Of a DNA stretch of 64,000 bases, positions 22,571 through 35,411 are shown piece by piece. Position 1 is the stretch's first letter, and each line of letters opens with the position of its first letter. A program made the position numbers and the translations under genes. The notes under the pieces are model-generated. The model saw only the letters and a list, made by a program, of their open reading frames with translations. It was not told the DNA's origin and ran no database searches. The stretch is taken from contig CM030334.1 of assembly GCA_017654855.1 (NCBI GenBank), positions 186,001-250,000 of the forward strand, written 5' to 3'. The DNA is from Podospora anserina. Its lineage: Eukaryota.

Positions 22571-22940
22571 CTACGCCAACGTTGCTTCGGTCTTCGATCT
22601 CCCTAATTGCCACTTCGAAACCACCTCGACCCTTTTCAGATTCCTCGCTACTTGGTCCCACAGGACAGCCGAAAGAAGCAAGGCCAGAAACAGCACTGGC
22701 AGTGCAGTAGCAAAATACATCCAGAAATTCTTCTGTCCTGGAGAGTAAGTATCAGACATGCTGAACAGGCTGGTGACCCAAGACAACGGCACAAACACCA
22801 GCGCCTAAAAGTCAGCCGGCTAACATTGGCAGCCTCTCGCATCGAGCGACGCGAGTCAAGCAGCGTCACCATCGACGTTGCTACCGGGAGCATGTGCTCG
22901 ATCGAGCGGTTAAAATACTTTAGCTGTGACAGCACGTACT
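22571..22940 (-). pseudogene. CorA-like transporter C-terminal fragment, frameshifted
   Basis: RSMREAANVSRLT / FVPLSWVTSLFSMS...FWMYFATALP two-TM signature. Confidence 0.65.
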
Positions 22941-24104
22941 TGATATCTCTCAGTATTAGATTCCACGGCTATTTATTAGCTTCGTGATATGACTAATAGT
23001 TAATAAACTTAGATTAGAATTACCTTATACTAGCTTTATATACTCCGCCACCACCAACGCTAGAGGTTAATAATATCGTTCAGAGAGCATCTATTATACT
23101 TGCATATGGTGGCGAGGTATGCGGCAAATGGTGTTTTTGTCTCGCTGAGCTGGCTGCTCTCCTGGGATCTTTTTCAGCTTGGAGAACCGCACTCAATCCA
23201 GTATCTTTTGACAAGCTGCTCTGCCTGTTCCTGACAGCACTTCCTGACTAAAACCGTAAATATAATCTAAGCTTAAGAACACCTTTTGCTGTCTTACGCA
23301 GTTAGTATTAGGCTTGGCTGTTTGCATGTCAGTAGCATCTTCGGCTAGGCGCCTAGGCGAGGGCTAGATCGGTTGTTATCATACATCTTAAGAGGCAGGT
23401 GCGTAGCTGAAGAATGTATGGGTTCCATCCGGAGCTTAGGCGGAGGGAACTATGCTGGAAGACATCTATCACGTTCAATGGGGTCTTGGTTACCAGCCAG
23501 TAATGCCTTGACCACCTGGCAGGTGGCTGTCAGGTGCGCAACAGGAAAATCTGGATGGGGGCACAGTTGGCAAAGAACAAGAGAAACAACAGATTCAAGC
23601 AACTGGAGCAATAGATCGTCGATTAGCCAGCGGTTACTAGGAATCTGGGAGCAGTACTTGAGCGTTCCTAGTAACGAGCGTAGCCGTCGCCAGCGTTCCT
23701 AGGAACCTATAGAGTCATATGGAGTGTTTCTAGTACCGAGTGTAGCCGGTAGCCGGCGTTTCTAGGAACCTAGGTTACTAGGCACCACAGCACCGTAGAA
23801 TCAGGTTACTACGCATGTGGCACTGTGGTGTCCAGTAACACAGACCCACAAGTGCCTTGTGTCTAGTAACGCGGACGTTCCCTCACAGGCACCCGCGTTA
23901 CTAGGCATCACAGCCTAAGCGTTCGCTACGGTTACTAGACATCTGCCTGAACCCAAGATGCGGTTACTAGACATCTGCCCAGGATGCATACCCAGGACCG
24001 CCTTGAGCCCGGGATGTAGTTACTAGACATTTGGCTGACCAGTCCGCGGTCGCCCGCGGATCCAGGTTCCCGGTGCGGACCCAGCACGTTTGCGTGTGTA
24101 ATAG

Positions 24105-24287
24105 TGTTGGGCTGGCGACCTAGGAAAGTCACTGGCTGCGAAAATGAGGCTAAAATGGCCAAAAAATGGTAAGCAAATTGGTATTACAGTAGTTGGTTGT
24201 TGGTTAAAAAGTAAACAGTAAGAAAATCCAGCCCCAAGAGCAAACCGGTGTGGGTCTGGGAAAACCTGGGCCCTTTGGTGCCCCACA
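24105..24287 (-). repeat. 3' LTR (183 bp)
   Basis: Identical to 29843-30025. Confidence 0.97.
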
Positions 24288-27200
24288 CCCCCCCCACAGA
24301 CAGCACACCGCCGTCCAAAATGAAGCCATCGCTAATATCCTCCGAAGCCCAATATACGCCCAGATTCTTCCACTTCCTTTGACTCTTTTGCCCAATGCCC
24401 TAGTAGCCTTTTTCCCATATAAATACACGTTCTCCTATATATTTTAAACCGGAAAATCTCGCATTCCTAATAGTTATATAAACTTTACGTACTTCTCCCT
24501 TTATAGTACTTTTATAAATCTATCCGCCGGTATTTCTAACCTAGAAATATATTAAATACTAAATCTTCCTTCCTTCATTTATTTACTTACTTACTTATAC
24601 CGTATATCGATATACCGGGTCCTAATAATATTCTGAGGGTTTAGAATTATAATTTCGGCGTTCTTATTATCGGTATATAGTATATATAGCTTTAGCTATA
24701 GTATACTATAGTTTTTTAATATCTTTAATACTTACTATAGTAAATACTTTATAGGCGTTAGGTTAGTAAACTTTACTTCCGTCGTACTTAAAGTAACGAA
24801 AGTTTATTTTTTATTTTTTTATAATACTAACTTATTAATTATAAAAATAATATAGCTACTAATAGAATATCTTTAAAGTAAAATATTTATATATAAAATA
24901 TTTACGAATCTTATAAGTTTTATATTTTTTATCGAAAACTCGGAGCCTTTTAGTATAATATATAGCTTCCTAATAGTAATTAAGTACTAAAAAAATATTT
25001 TATTAATTTTAAGTAATATAGTAAGGGCTTAAAATTACTTCCGTAAAGGTAGTTAACGGTAAAAATAATATTGGACCGAGTACCGGTAAATAGTTAATTT
25101 AATATACCGGTCTTCCGAATATATTCCTTTATTTTTACGGTTATTTTCTTTTATATAAAAGGGAGTTTTAATTTAGTTAATTACGGTATAACTACGCCGG
25201 CTATATTTTTATAGCCGAACTTTTCGAGTAAAGTATTAATATAGGCTACCTAAGATAAATAAATTTACTTCTTCCTGCGGTTCCTTATAATATTAAAACT
25301 TAAAAATCTTTTTAATTCGTTTAGTTTTTTAATACTATATTTACTTTCTAGCCCGATAATAATATCTTTAATAATTTTTATTATAGGTACTAATATAAAT
25401 AGATTATTTACGTATAAGACTACTAAGGTACTTATTTTTTTATAACGAAATAAATAAAGGTTTAATAAAAAAATATCGAAGTTTAGTTTAATTATTATAG
25501 GTTTCACTATTTCGTATTAGTAAATAAGTAATTTCTTTAAGCCGTATAATACCCTTTTAAGCTAGTATACTTTATTTAATAATTTATTTAAATTATTTAA
25601 TAATCGTACGTAATATTATATAGTATTAGGGATTTTAATATTAAAAAATATTATTTTAAAATCGTATTAAAGGTACTTTTAATTATTTATAACTATAATA
25701 ATCTAAAAGTATTTAACTACTATACTATTTATAATAGTAACGTAAACGTTTTATATAATTTAGAAATCCCTATTAAAGTTATTATATACTATTTATTTTA
25801 CTTTAACCTTTACTTTATTAATTTAAGGGTCTATCTTTTTATTATATATTTATTTATTTAGTAAAACGTTATAACTTTTCGGTATATTTATTAATTTATA
25901 AACGTTTTTTTTTAATAAATTAATATTTTACTCCTTTATAATAAATAATTAATATTTATAATAATTTTCGAGTTTCTTTATTTATTAATAATTCTTAAAT
26001 ATATAAAATTTATTAATAGTTTATAAAAAGTAATTAATTTTAATTATAAATAAAGCGTAAATTATTATTTTACGTAATTATAGATTATTAAAATATATTA
26101 TAAAAAAACTTTAATAAAGGTATTTACTTTACTATAGTTTTTTATAGAAACCTAATCCCTAATTTTTTATTATTATTTTATAAAGCCGCTCTTAAGTTAA
26201 CGGAAAAACTACCGCTTCTTTTATATAGCCTATATTAAACTCGAAATCGTTATTAAAATCTTTAATTAAGTTTTTCGTATTTAAATTTAATAATTTATTA
26301 TCGGCTTAATTATTATTAGGCCCCCCTATAACCTTACCCTCCTCTCCCCCTATTAACCTTATAAGGGAAGTAAATTCTTTTATAGTAAGAAAATTAATAA
26401 TATAAAACGTTTAATTATAGTTTAATAAAATAAATACTTCGGACTATATATCTTTTATTTTTTTAATATCGAAAAAGTTTTTTATATTTAAAGCTTTAAA
26501 TAATAAAAATAATATTAATAACGGTATAACTTTCGGAATAAATAAAATAGTTTATTTAGGGTTTTTAACCTTTTTTATTTTAATTATTAAAATACTTTAT
26601 TATAAATCGGGTTCCAGTATAATAATAAGTTTATTATCGAAAGTAATTTTTTTTCTTAAAAATATTATTTTATTAATAATAATATTTTTTTCTTCGGCTA
26701 TAATATTATTAATAAAAACTATTTTATACTTAATATCTTTATATTTATCGTCGTTAAATCTATAAAAATCGTTTTTATTAAACTTTATAACGTTAATTTT
26801 TATAACTTTATTAATAATTAAGTTCTAAACTTAGTATATTTTACTATATATATTTACGTAACTAATAAATTTTTTTTTTTCCACTCTAGTAATAAACTTA
26901 TCCGAATTAGCCCGGTAAACCGGCTTAATATAGTAATACGCGTTATAAAAGTATAAACGTAAATACCGAATATATAATTTCCGCTCGCCTTTAAGTATAT
27001 TAAGCTTTATAGTATACTTTTTATAAATACTAATATCTCCCTTATTAACCTTCGAAGGTAGTAAATTATTTACATAAACTATAAACTATATAATAAATAG
27101 AAATAATTTCTTTAATACTTTATAGGCTAATATAATAACCCTAGTACGGTTAAGCGTAATCCTCGCGGCCCTCTCTACCTTTCTATTTATTTATAGTAAA

Positions 27201-29842
27201 TAAAATACGGTTTTAAGGATAGTAATACCCTCCTAGTCGGCCCAGGCGGCTATACGGCTATCGTTAAAGGTTTTAAAGCCCTAAATAAATTCTATACCGC
27301 TATTAAAGCTAATAATACTAATTTTATACTCGGTTTAACGCACGATTTTCGTTTCGAAATTTTTAATTTTATCGAATACTTACTTTTTCTTTATTATAAA
27401 GTTAATCTATTTATAATTATTTTATATATCTATATATTAAATAAAATATTTATAACCTAAATATTTAGGGTTTTTATAAGTAATAACGTTAATATAAATA
27501 AAATCGAACGGATTATTAATTTACGAAAGGGTCGATAAGTTTAATTAATTTATTATTTTTATTATTATATAAAACTCGTAAAAAAAGTTATTACCGACGA
27601 GCTTAATATCCGCTTACGTATAAACCTTATAAATATTATTTTTATTAATATATATTAAATAATAATATATTACCTAGTAATTAATAAATACTATTACGGC
27701 TTTAATAAAAGTTTTTATTAAAAATATTTTATTAAAATCGGCGCCGGATATTATATTTATTTAATATATATTATTATTTTTAATTAATTTATATATTATT
27801 TATTTAATACTTTTAAAAACTAAATTATAACTCTTTTAATCCTAAAAAATATTTTTATCGAATAACTTATTTATTAATATTAAATTAACGAGCGTTTATA
27901 AATAATATACCGCTTCTTTAAACTTTAAAGTAATAACCTAATTATTTAAAAGGGTAGATTATAGCGTTACGGTACTTTAATAATTATACTTTATAATATT
28001 TCTTAATAACGAAAGGAACCTTTTTTCTTTCTTTTTAAATAATAAATAAAGTTCGGTAAACTACTTTAATTTATTAAATATAAAATCTATATATCCGGAG
28101 TCGTAATATATATAGTTTTTAAATATTTCGACGGCCTATTAGACTTTAAAGGTATTTATTAACGAGAGTATTACCTTTAAAGGCCGAAACAAAAATCCAA
28201 TTAATTATCGTTATAGTAAGTAAAAAGTAATATATTAATAAAGTTATTAAATAGTATTAAAGTACTGTAGGTAAGTTAGTCCTTCGAAAACTTAATATTA
28301 ATAACGTTATTAATATAACTTTAAAGAATCCTTATTAACGAACTAATATTTTATTATTTTTTTTACTTATTCGTTTATATTTTTTTTTTATATTCCTAAT
28401 CCTTTAAAGCCTTATTAAAATTATATTATTAATAAGTTTTACTTTTCGGATAATAACGATTATAATTTATATAATATTAATTACTTTTCTTTAAGCCTTT
28501 AATATATTAATCGTATTTTTTTATTAAGGTTAATAATATAGTAAATAAAAGTATAGTTACGGCCAAGGCTTTAATAGTCTCGATAATAATTTTAAAATAA
28601 ATTAATATAGTTTCCTCTATAACGGCCTTAGCGTTATACTCCTAATAAAAAAGTAATTAAATTATAGTACCGTCTTTTATCTTCCTTATTAACCGGTCGT
28701 ATAAATCGAGGTATACGGTTTTAATACTATTTAGGGTAACCTAAAAATAAACTACGTAACCGATCTTAATTTCTATTATATTAAAACGATAGCGAAGGAC
28801 CTCGAACCGGTTAAAGTAAATTTAAAATAAAGCGAAGTTAATACGTTTAAAAGTAAAATACTCCTTTAAAAATATATTAGCGATATCGAAAGTACCGCGC
28901 TATAAAGTTTAAATAATTTTTTAGTATAGATTATAGGTATTAATACTATTAATTTTTTAATTTAAATTAAAAATTTATTATTAAATCTCGGGCTTTTTAA
29001 CGGAAATTATTATTAAATTTTAAATATTTAAGTTATTAATATATTATTAATTAAAAGTAAATATCCCTTTTTCCGTTAATAACTATATATTAATCTTAAT
29101 ATAGTTTTTTAAATTATAGTATATAAGGGACTAAGTTAATTAAAATTTTTAGCTAGAAAAATCGGTCTTTAAATTTAAAGCCGGTAAAGTTTAAAAGGTT
29201 CGTTATTTAACCGTAATAACGGTATTAATATTCCCTATAATTTTTATAAACTCTAAAAACTAAACTATAATAACGTTAATACTAATTATTTTAAAAAAAA
29301 AACTAATTAAAAAAAAGTTATAAAAAAGATATTATAAAAAAGACGTTAAAAGAAAAACTTAAAGAAAGGCGTTATTTAACTTTATAACCGCTAATAGTAA
29401 ATTAAATTAATTTAGGTAAAAGGCGAGATACTTACTCCGCTATCGGTTTTCTGATAAGGCAGGATAGAGTTCTCGATTACTACCGGAAAATAATAATTTT
29501 TTAGCTAAAAGGTCGTAAAAATAGTAGAACTAAGGAAACTTAGTTAGAAGAAGGTTAGCGCCGTAAACTACATTTTTATCGGTAAGGGGTAGTCGGTCGC
29601 TTTAACTTTTCGTTAAAATAAGGGTTAGGGTTAAAACCAGGCTTCTATTGATTAGGAAGTTAGTTAACTCTCTTAACGCCTCCAAAATCGCCGTCGAAAG
29701 GTCCAATTGCGTGATATTGGCCTAATAAGGGTCGAAAAGTTATAAGGTCCAGTATGGTATTCGGCCTTGCGAGGTCGGGTTATCAACGAGGGCATCGACT
29801 TCGGTTTACTTAGTGATTTAAGCGTCAAAAGAGCTCATAACC

Positions 29843-30025
29843 TGTTGGGCTGGCGACCTAGGAAAGTCACTGGCTGCGAAAATGAGGCTAAAATGGCCAA
29901 AAAATGGTAAGCAAATTGGTATTACAGTAGTTGGTTGTTGGTTAAAAAGTAAACAGTAAGAAAATCCAGCCCCAAGAGCAAACCGGTGTGGGTCTGGGAA
30001 AACCTGGGCCCTTTGGTGCCCCACA
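29843..30025 (-). repeat. 5' LTR (183 bp)
   Basis: Identical to 24105-24287. Confidence 0.97.
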
Positions 30026-30197
30026 AATAGCGACGGTGCGCTTGCTATCCGCGTTCCTAGGAACGGTGCACGCCTATGGCCGGTGTATCTGGCTTCCGCG
30101 GTACTTGCAACCACACGCGGCCAGGGCTTTAGGTAGCCCTACACGTATATATAGTAGCACGGCCTCACCACCACTTTTAGATGTTATTCTTACAATA

Positions 30198-30348
30198 ACG
30201 TGCGTGATAAGTAAGTTGACTACCTTAACTGGATTTTGTGGCATGTACATATATATACGTTAGTAAATTGTTAGTGGTCTTATCAACTGCTTATCGTATT
30301 TTCGATACCAGATCTCGGCAAGGTGGCCAACTCCCTTATCACGCACGT
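30198..30348. mobile_element. 151-bp Tc1/mariner (Fot1/pogo-like) MITE
   Basis: TIR ACGTGCGTGATAAG (14 bp perfect, ~29 bp with 4 mismatches) flanked by TA on both sides. Confidence 0.85.
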
Positions 30349-32213
30349 TAATATCTTTTTGACATTTCGGTTTCCCTTATTCTGGGCAGCTGGGTTTAGC
30401 ATCCTGATGGCTATCGATAAAAAATTGTACTGAAACGGATATCAACACTATTGATCCGTTACCGCCTGTAATTAAATCACTCCGGCAGCTCCATATTACG
30501 CAAATTCGCTGCCCGAGAGCAAAGGTAGGATACGAAAACATTCCCGCGAAAACAGAACAGCCCAAAAACCATATATCAAAAAGGCGAGCAAGGGAAAGCC
30601 AGTAGTACTACTACGATCTCCGGGCTCATCAGACAGGATGTGGTTACCTTCTTTTGCCAATTACTTTGAGCAAGCCCTAACGTTAGCGGATTGGATAACA
30701 ATACTTACAAAGACAACAATGCATAGCAGTATAACAAGCTCGGATCTCCATATCATAACTGCGTTTAGATTACTGGATGGGGCTAGAACTGGTAAAGATA
30801 GCACACGGTCTAGGTTTGCTTATATTTAGTTGAATCGGTCACTTGAACAGATTATTGCCTCCAATCGGGAGAATAGAAGGCTTCTGAACCGATGCTCGGG
30901 TTATCGCAACGCAAGTCTCGCCATCGATGTCTATGCCAGCGCTCAGGAACAGATGAATATCTCAACGCGGGAGGTAATTAATACAGCTCTGGCTGGTTAC
31001 TTGAAAGCAGAAGATCCTCGGTAAAGATCGAGGCGGCTAAAGGCGAACTATAGTCGAACTTGGCTAAGAAACGCGTCCATATCGGGGACGAAGGAGAGCA
31101 TGTCGGCGACAGCGGCGTAGAGATTAAGAGGATGTTGGTCATACACAGACTTAGCATCCAGCCATCGATCATGAAACTTGACACTCCCACCCATTATGAG
31201 AGGTATTGCTGTCCGGTGCACATGTCAATTTTGGAGGAAAATAGTTTCGACAGAGAACTAAAGCATGTTCCTGGTGTTTGAAAGTAGTATGAGTGGTTCC
31301 AAGAGACACCCAGTAGGCCCAGAAACGACTCCGTGACGAGTTCCAACTAGGACGTAATCTCCAAGCAAAGCCTCCTCGAGTCTCACCGACGTTGGAGATC
31401 CTCGCCTCCGCTGCCGTAATTCAAAGTGTGCCGACCAAACTCATTGAGACATCTCAGCGCCTCACGGCAATAGCAGAGTTGGCAACCAGACCAGATACGT
31501 CCTTTGATAAGCAGGGGTTTGCTGTGGAGGTGAAGATGGACTTACCCGAGGAGCGAATGGAAAGTCATAGAATCACCTAAAGCACCGTACTGTGTGCTTC
31601 GGTGGAAAGCTACATAGTCCTGGCAAAGCGCGCTGTAATTTTTACTGTGTACATCATGACGAGCGATACCATTTAAAGCCGGAACAGTGCTGCTTACCGG
31701 AGCGGCCGGCCGACATTTATGGAAAGGGGGGTATCTCTTGGAACCGAAGTCGGACATGGATATTAGCCCGTAATTCATCTCTGTCACATGCAGTATTGCA
31801 ACCGCGAAAGCCAAGATTAACGTCACTGACACGCGATGCGGTGTGAAAGTGGATGGCGAGTTTAGCTCTGTGCATATGACGCCTCGGTCCTCCTTCCTCT
31901 GGTATTTCGTTTTCTTCACGCTTCAAGTTGAACACTAGCTGCGTACAGTTCTGTCCACGGGGCTGGTATGCGTGGTCTACTAAGGAATAAAGTGAGCTAT
32001 GATCAAACATCTCCGGTGTCCGTTGAGCAGTTTGCCAACCGGCTTGCATGTGTCAACTCCCTGGTGAGATGGGCCATCCGGGGCTAAGCAACCATCTATA
32101 TTCCAGTAAGATGTACGATATGATTGTCCCCTAGTTGGCCTTAAACCATTCCGGTGCGAGGTGCACGACACAAAGGATGCAGTGATTGAAATGACATAAA
32201 TTTAGTAGCAACT

Positions 32214-32926
32214 TTATGCTTTACCCGGTCGCAGCTTAACTCCATGAACGCTTTCCACATGATTCCTGAAATGATCCAAATGCTTCAGCTTCACCCCCTC
32301 CTCCTTGCACTTAGGATGCTCGCAGAAGATTAGATTCTCACGCTCCATTTCTTTCATTCCCCCTAAATGCTCGCGGTCGAAATGGTCGTTTATTACGGCT
32401 GTTCGGCAGTACGGAAAAGTCCTTTCCTCGTATGACTGCCTCTCGTCTCCAATGCAGCGAGAACATTGAGTCTTTTCTATAAAAAGGGGGAATAGGTCCG
32501 GCCCGGGAGACTTCTCTTTTACGTTAGCCTATACCCTCTGCTGAGTACGCTTCCGTTTTACTATCTTTAGCTTATTATTCAGGGCGGTTATAAGCTCGGC
32601 GGATCGGATACGTAACCGGAGAAGCTCCTCGCTACTTAGGCCCTCCGGCTGGTTAATAAGGATTTCGACTAACTCGGCCCGTTCTGTAATGTGGAGCTTA
32701 ATGGCAAGTACGATATATTTTACTCGGCCTCTTCTTCCGCCTCGCCGCTAAGCTATCTTTTGATATCCTAGGTTGGGCGGTTTTGGAAGTAGTACTTGCG
32801 GTATCCGATCTTTATATTTTTCTTTCGCTACCTTTCTTTATTCTTAATTAGTCGACTGAGGTCTCGGATCTTGTTCTCGTTATTACGTCCTTAGATTCGG
32901 TATTAAACGCCCTTTAGCTCTGCGCG
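32214..32926 (-). pseudogene. C-terminal relic of a probable Starship captain (DUF3435-associated tyrosine recombinase)
   Basis: Manual translation through stops and one frameshift: YRKYYFQNRPT*DIKR*LSGE...ERAELVEILINQP...FPLFIEKTQCSRCIGDERQSYEERTFPYCR...DHFDREH...CEHPKC...LKHLDHFRNHVESVHGVKLR. Confidence 0.7.
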
Positions 32927-33560
32927 CTAGCGTACTAGATTAAGACCGTCCCATCTCATTAGCCATCCTATGGATGGGAACCCCCAATCTTTCGTCGCGG
33001 GTGTTACAAGGTAACGCCTGATGCAGACTGTAGCTATGCTAAAGTTTGCATCCAGTGCATTGAGAATTCCAAAGTTGTTTCCGGCAAAAAAGGCGTTCGG
33101 ATGTAAAAGGAATTCGCGCACTGTTTGGTGAATGATTTGGACCACTTCTTTCCCTACAAAAGTATGTTAGTAGGGCTTTCTAAGCGCAGTATGTCATCTT
33201 GTCATACAGAGTAATTCCAACAACAGGGAGCATCATACTCACCCCCTTGCTCTTTGATTTCTAAGAGGTTTCCTGCGCAGGAAAGGACACAATGCTCAGT
33301 GGCAATTCTCTTTCTAAAAGATCCTTTCGAGGGCAAAAACACGGCTTCGAGGTCGTCTGGAATTACAAGAACATGCAAGAGTTCCCGGACACCCAATGGC
33401 CGCCTGCTAAATAACACAAGCTGGAACATCCTTTTGCGGACGGGTCTGTTTCTAGGGCTCAGGGGATGCAAAGGGGTATCGCTCCACAATGAGTTTTGGC
33501 ATCCAAGAAAGAAGCGTGGTCCATCCGCTCCATCGATGGTCTGGTCAAGCTGTCTCTGTA
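32927..33560 (-). pseudogene. NACHT-type NLR relic (helical/winged-helix region)
   Basis: LFSRRPLGVRELLHVL, CVLSCAGNLLEI and VQIIHQTVREFL motifs in broken frames. Confidence 0.65.
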
Positions 33561-34543
33561 CCTGACATCCCAGCTATCCTACCTTTCGTGAACCCAGGGT
33601 GCCACAATACCTATTCTCAGTCCAAAGTAATACTGGGGACAGTCCTTACCAACTTAATTCCTGCCTCAATCTCACGCTGCCGCTTCTGCGAGAGGGCTGC
33701 CGGCTTGTCCGCCACAGGCCACTGCTCCAGGAGAGCCTTGACCGCAGCCGCAGCTCTGGGGGTTGCCATGTCTTGTTCTTGTGACTGTCTGCGTAATAGC
33801 AGACGGTATACCAATTCCTCCTCGCTGCAACCGAGCTCAGCATATGATGTCTTGGTAGGATTTCAGGGTCCGCGGCACAGGCATGACAGAGAGGGTCATC
33901 TTGCAAACGATGTTTATGGCGATACTCCGGTGGAAATAGATTGCCTTGAGCCGGGCCGGGGAGCGGTAGCTACGTCCACGTCCCGGCTGACGGCCATGTA
34001 TTGTAGGCTCCTGAGGTATTCTGCTGCCTTGTTGCGTAAATGGTTGCTCCCATGCTCACTTTCAGTTGCAGAGCAGAAGATTGTGCATATCCTTGCTAAG
34101 ATGGTCGCATATAATCAGCCCCAGTGTTTGGCTGAAAGCGCGTATTTGTTGAAGAACCATGTTCATGTCAGTATGCCATGGCTGAGGATATGTGTCGCTC
34201 GTGGGCATCAACGGTGATGGGATACGGTGTGCTCGGATTCGAGTTCTGATAGCCACAGCAGATGTGCAGTCGAAACAACGACAAGTGTCCAAGATAGGCG
34301 TAGATGGCAGACAATGTCAGTTCTGAAGTGCGGGGGGCTTTGCTTTTCCTCTGTTAGAGGATTGTGGAGGGAAGGTGGCCAATCACAGTGTGCTGCATTT
34401 TGGACATGGCAGCAACAGATCAATACATATTGACATGCTGGCACTTGACAGCAGAAGGATGGGCCTTCCACAGAAGAGACAGCAATACTCTATACCGAAT
34501 GGCCCATCCTCATTGAACAATAGACCCTCGTGCTAACCAAAAG

Positions 34544-34939
34544 CAAGGCTGGCAACAAAGCAAATTGATTCAATCAAATCGATATTTTTCCATATTTAAT
34601 TTGCTTTAAGTATATTTAAGTACGCCTCGCCCCATACTGGTTCACCACATCACCCACCAATAGCCATGCACAACCCTAACCCTAACATTGTGCGCCGCTA
34701 CACCACTCCTCACCACCACCCTCACCGCCACCCTCACCATCACCACTCTCACCATCACCACCCTCACCACCACCCTCACCAGTGCCTTAGGACCCTATAA
34801 TGCGTGGTAGCCGGGCCCGTTCAAATATATTCAAAAGAAATCAAATACTAATCAAACATGACCTTTTCCATCTCAAATCAAATCAAATCAAATCAAGTCA
34901 GGGCCATATCTAATTTGATTTACTTTATTGCCAGCTTTG
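34544..34939. mobile_element. 396-bp non-autonomous hAT-like element
   Basis: CA...TG ends; imperfect TIR CAA(G/A)GCTGGCAA(C/T)AAAG(C/T)AAAT; perfect 8-bp TSD ACCAAAAG (34536-34543, 34940-34947); internal TCAAA repeats. Confidence 0.85.
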
Positions 34940-35411
34940 ACCAAAAGGCCACCAGGCACGACGCAAGAGGTTTGTTGGATACCTGAATAACAATTAACAC
35001 AGCTCGTAACAGAATCAGGACCATCCGAGGGCAGTGAGAGTCCCTTCCTCCACAGATTGCGTAACTTTCGCGAAAAGCCACTTCCTGCCTCTTTCGATGA
35101 TGTCTAAAGTCAACAATCATTAGTAATATGGTCGTCTCGAAATGAGTCACGTGCCGGAGTGGCGGACTCGCCAAGGTAACGATCCCCACCTGTTGAAGCC
35201 CCACATTCAGATAAACTGCTTATCAACCAGCGCGCGGGGCAATTTTCTGTCAAAATTCTTGAGAAAGCAGCGCCCCGCCAGCAGTCCCCAGTTCGCCGTC
35301 TTGCTGTGCAAGTCCCACCATATCTATAACTGCGCTCTCTTCAGGCGGTACACCTTTTCCGAATACACAACAAACCCAATACCCAGAGAGACACAGATAA
35401 ACACGGAAATC

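Larger units (their letters stand above)
24105..30025 (-). mobile_element. Full-length Ty1/Copia LTR retrotransposon, RIP-inactivated
   Basis: Identical 183-bp TG...CA LTRs; AATAG target-site duplication (24100-24104, 30026-30030); PBS-like GGTTATGAGC and poly-G PPT on the minus strand; RT relic LYVNNL (from YVDD), RNase H relic TLSTTE; INT-RT-RH order. Confidence 0.95.
23370..30194. repeat. Older LTR-like sequence interrupted by the Copia element; left boundary uncertain
   Basis: Repeated GGTTACTAG/CTAGTAAC subunits left of the Copia and GCGTTCCTAGGAAC on both sides of it; TATATA at ~30146; ends TTACA at 30194. Confidence 0.45.

Noticed and set aside
24450-29600. AT-rich block as centromere or organellar insertion
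   Set aside because: Fully explained by a RIP-mutated Copia bounded by LTRs and a TSD
34672-34687. Telomere-like CCCTAA repeats
   Set aside because: Only two units, inside a MITE; not a chromosome end
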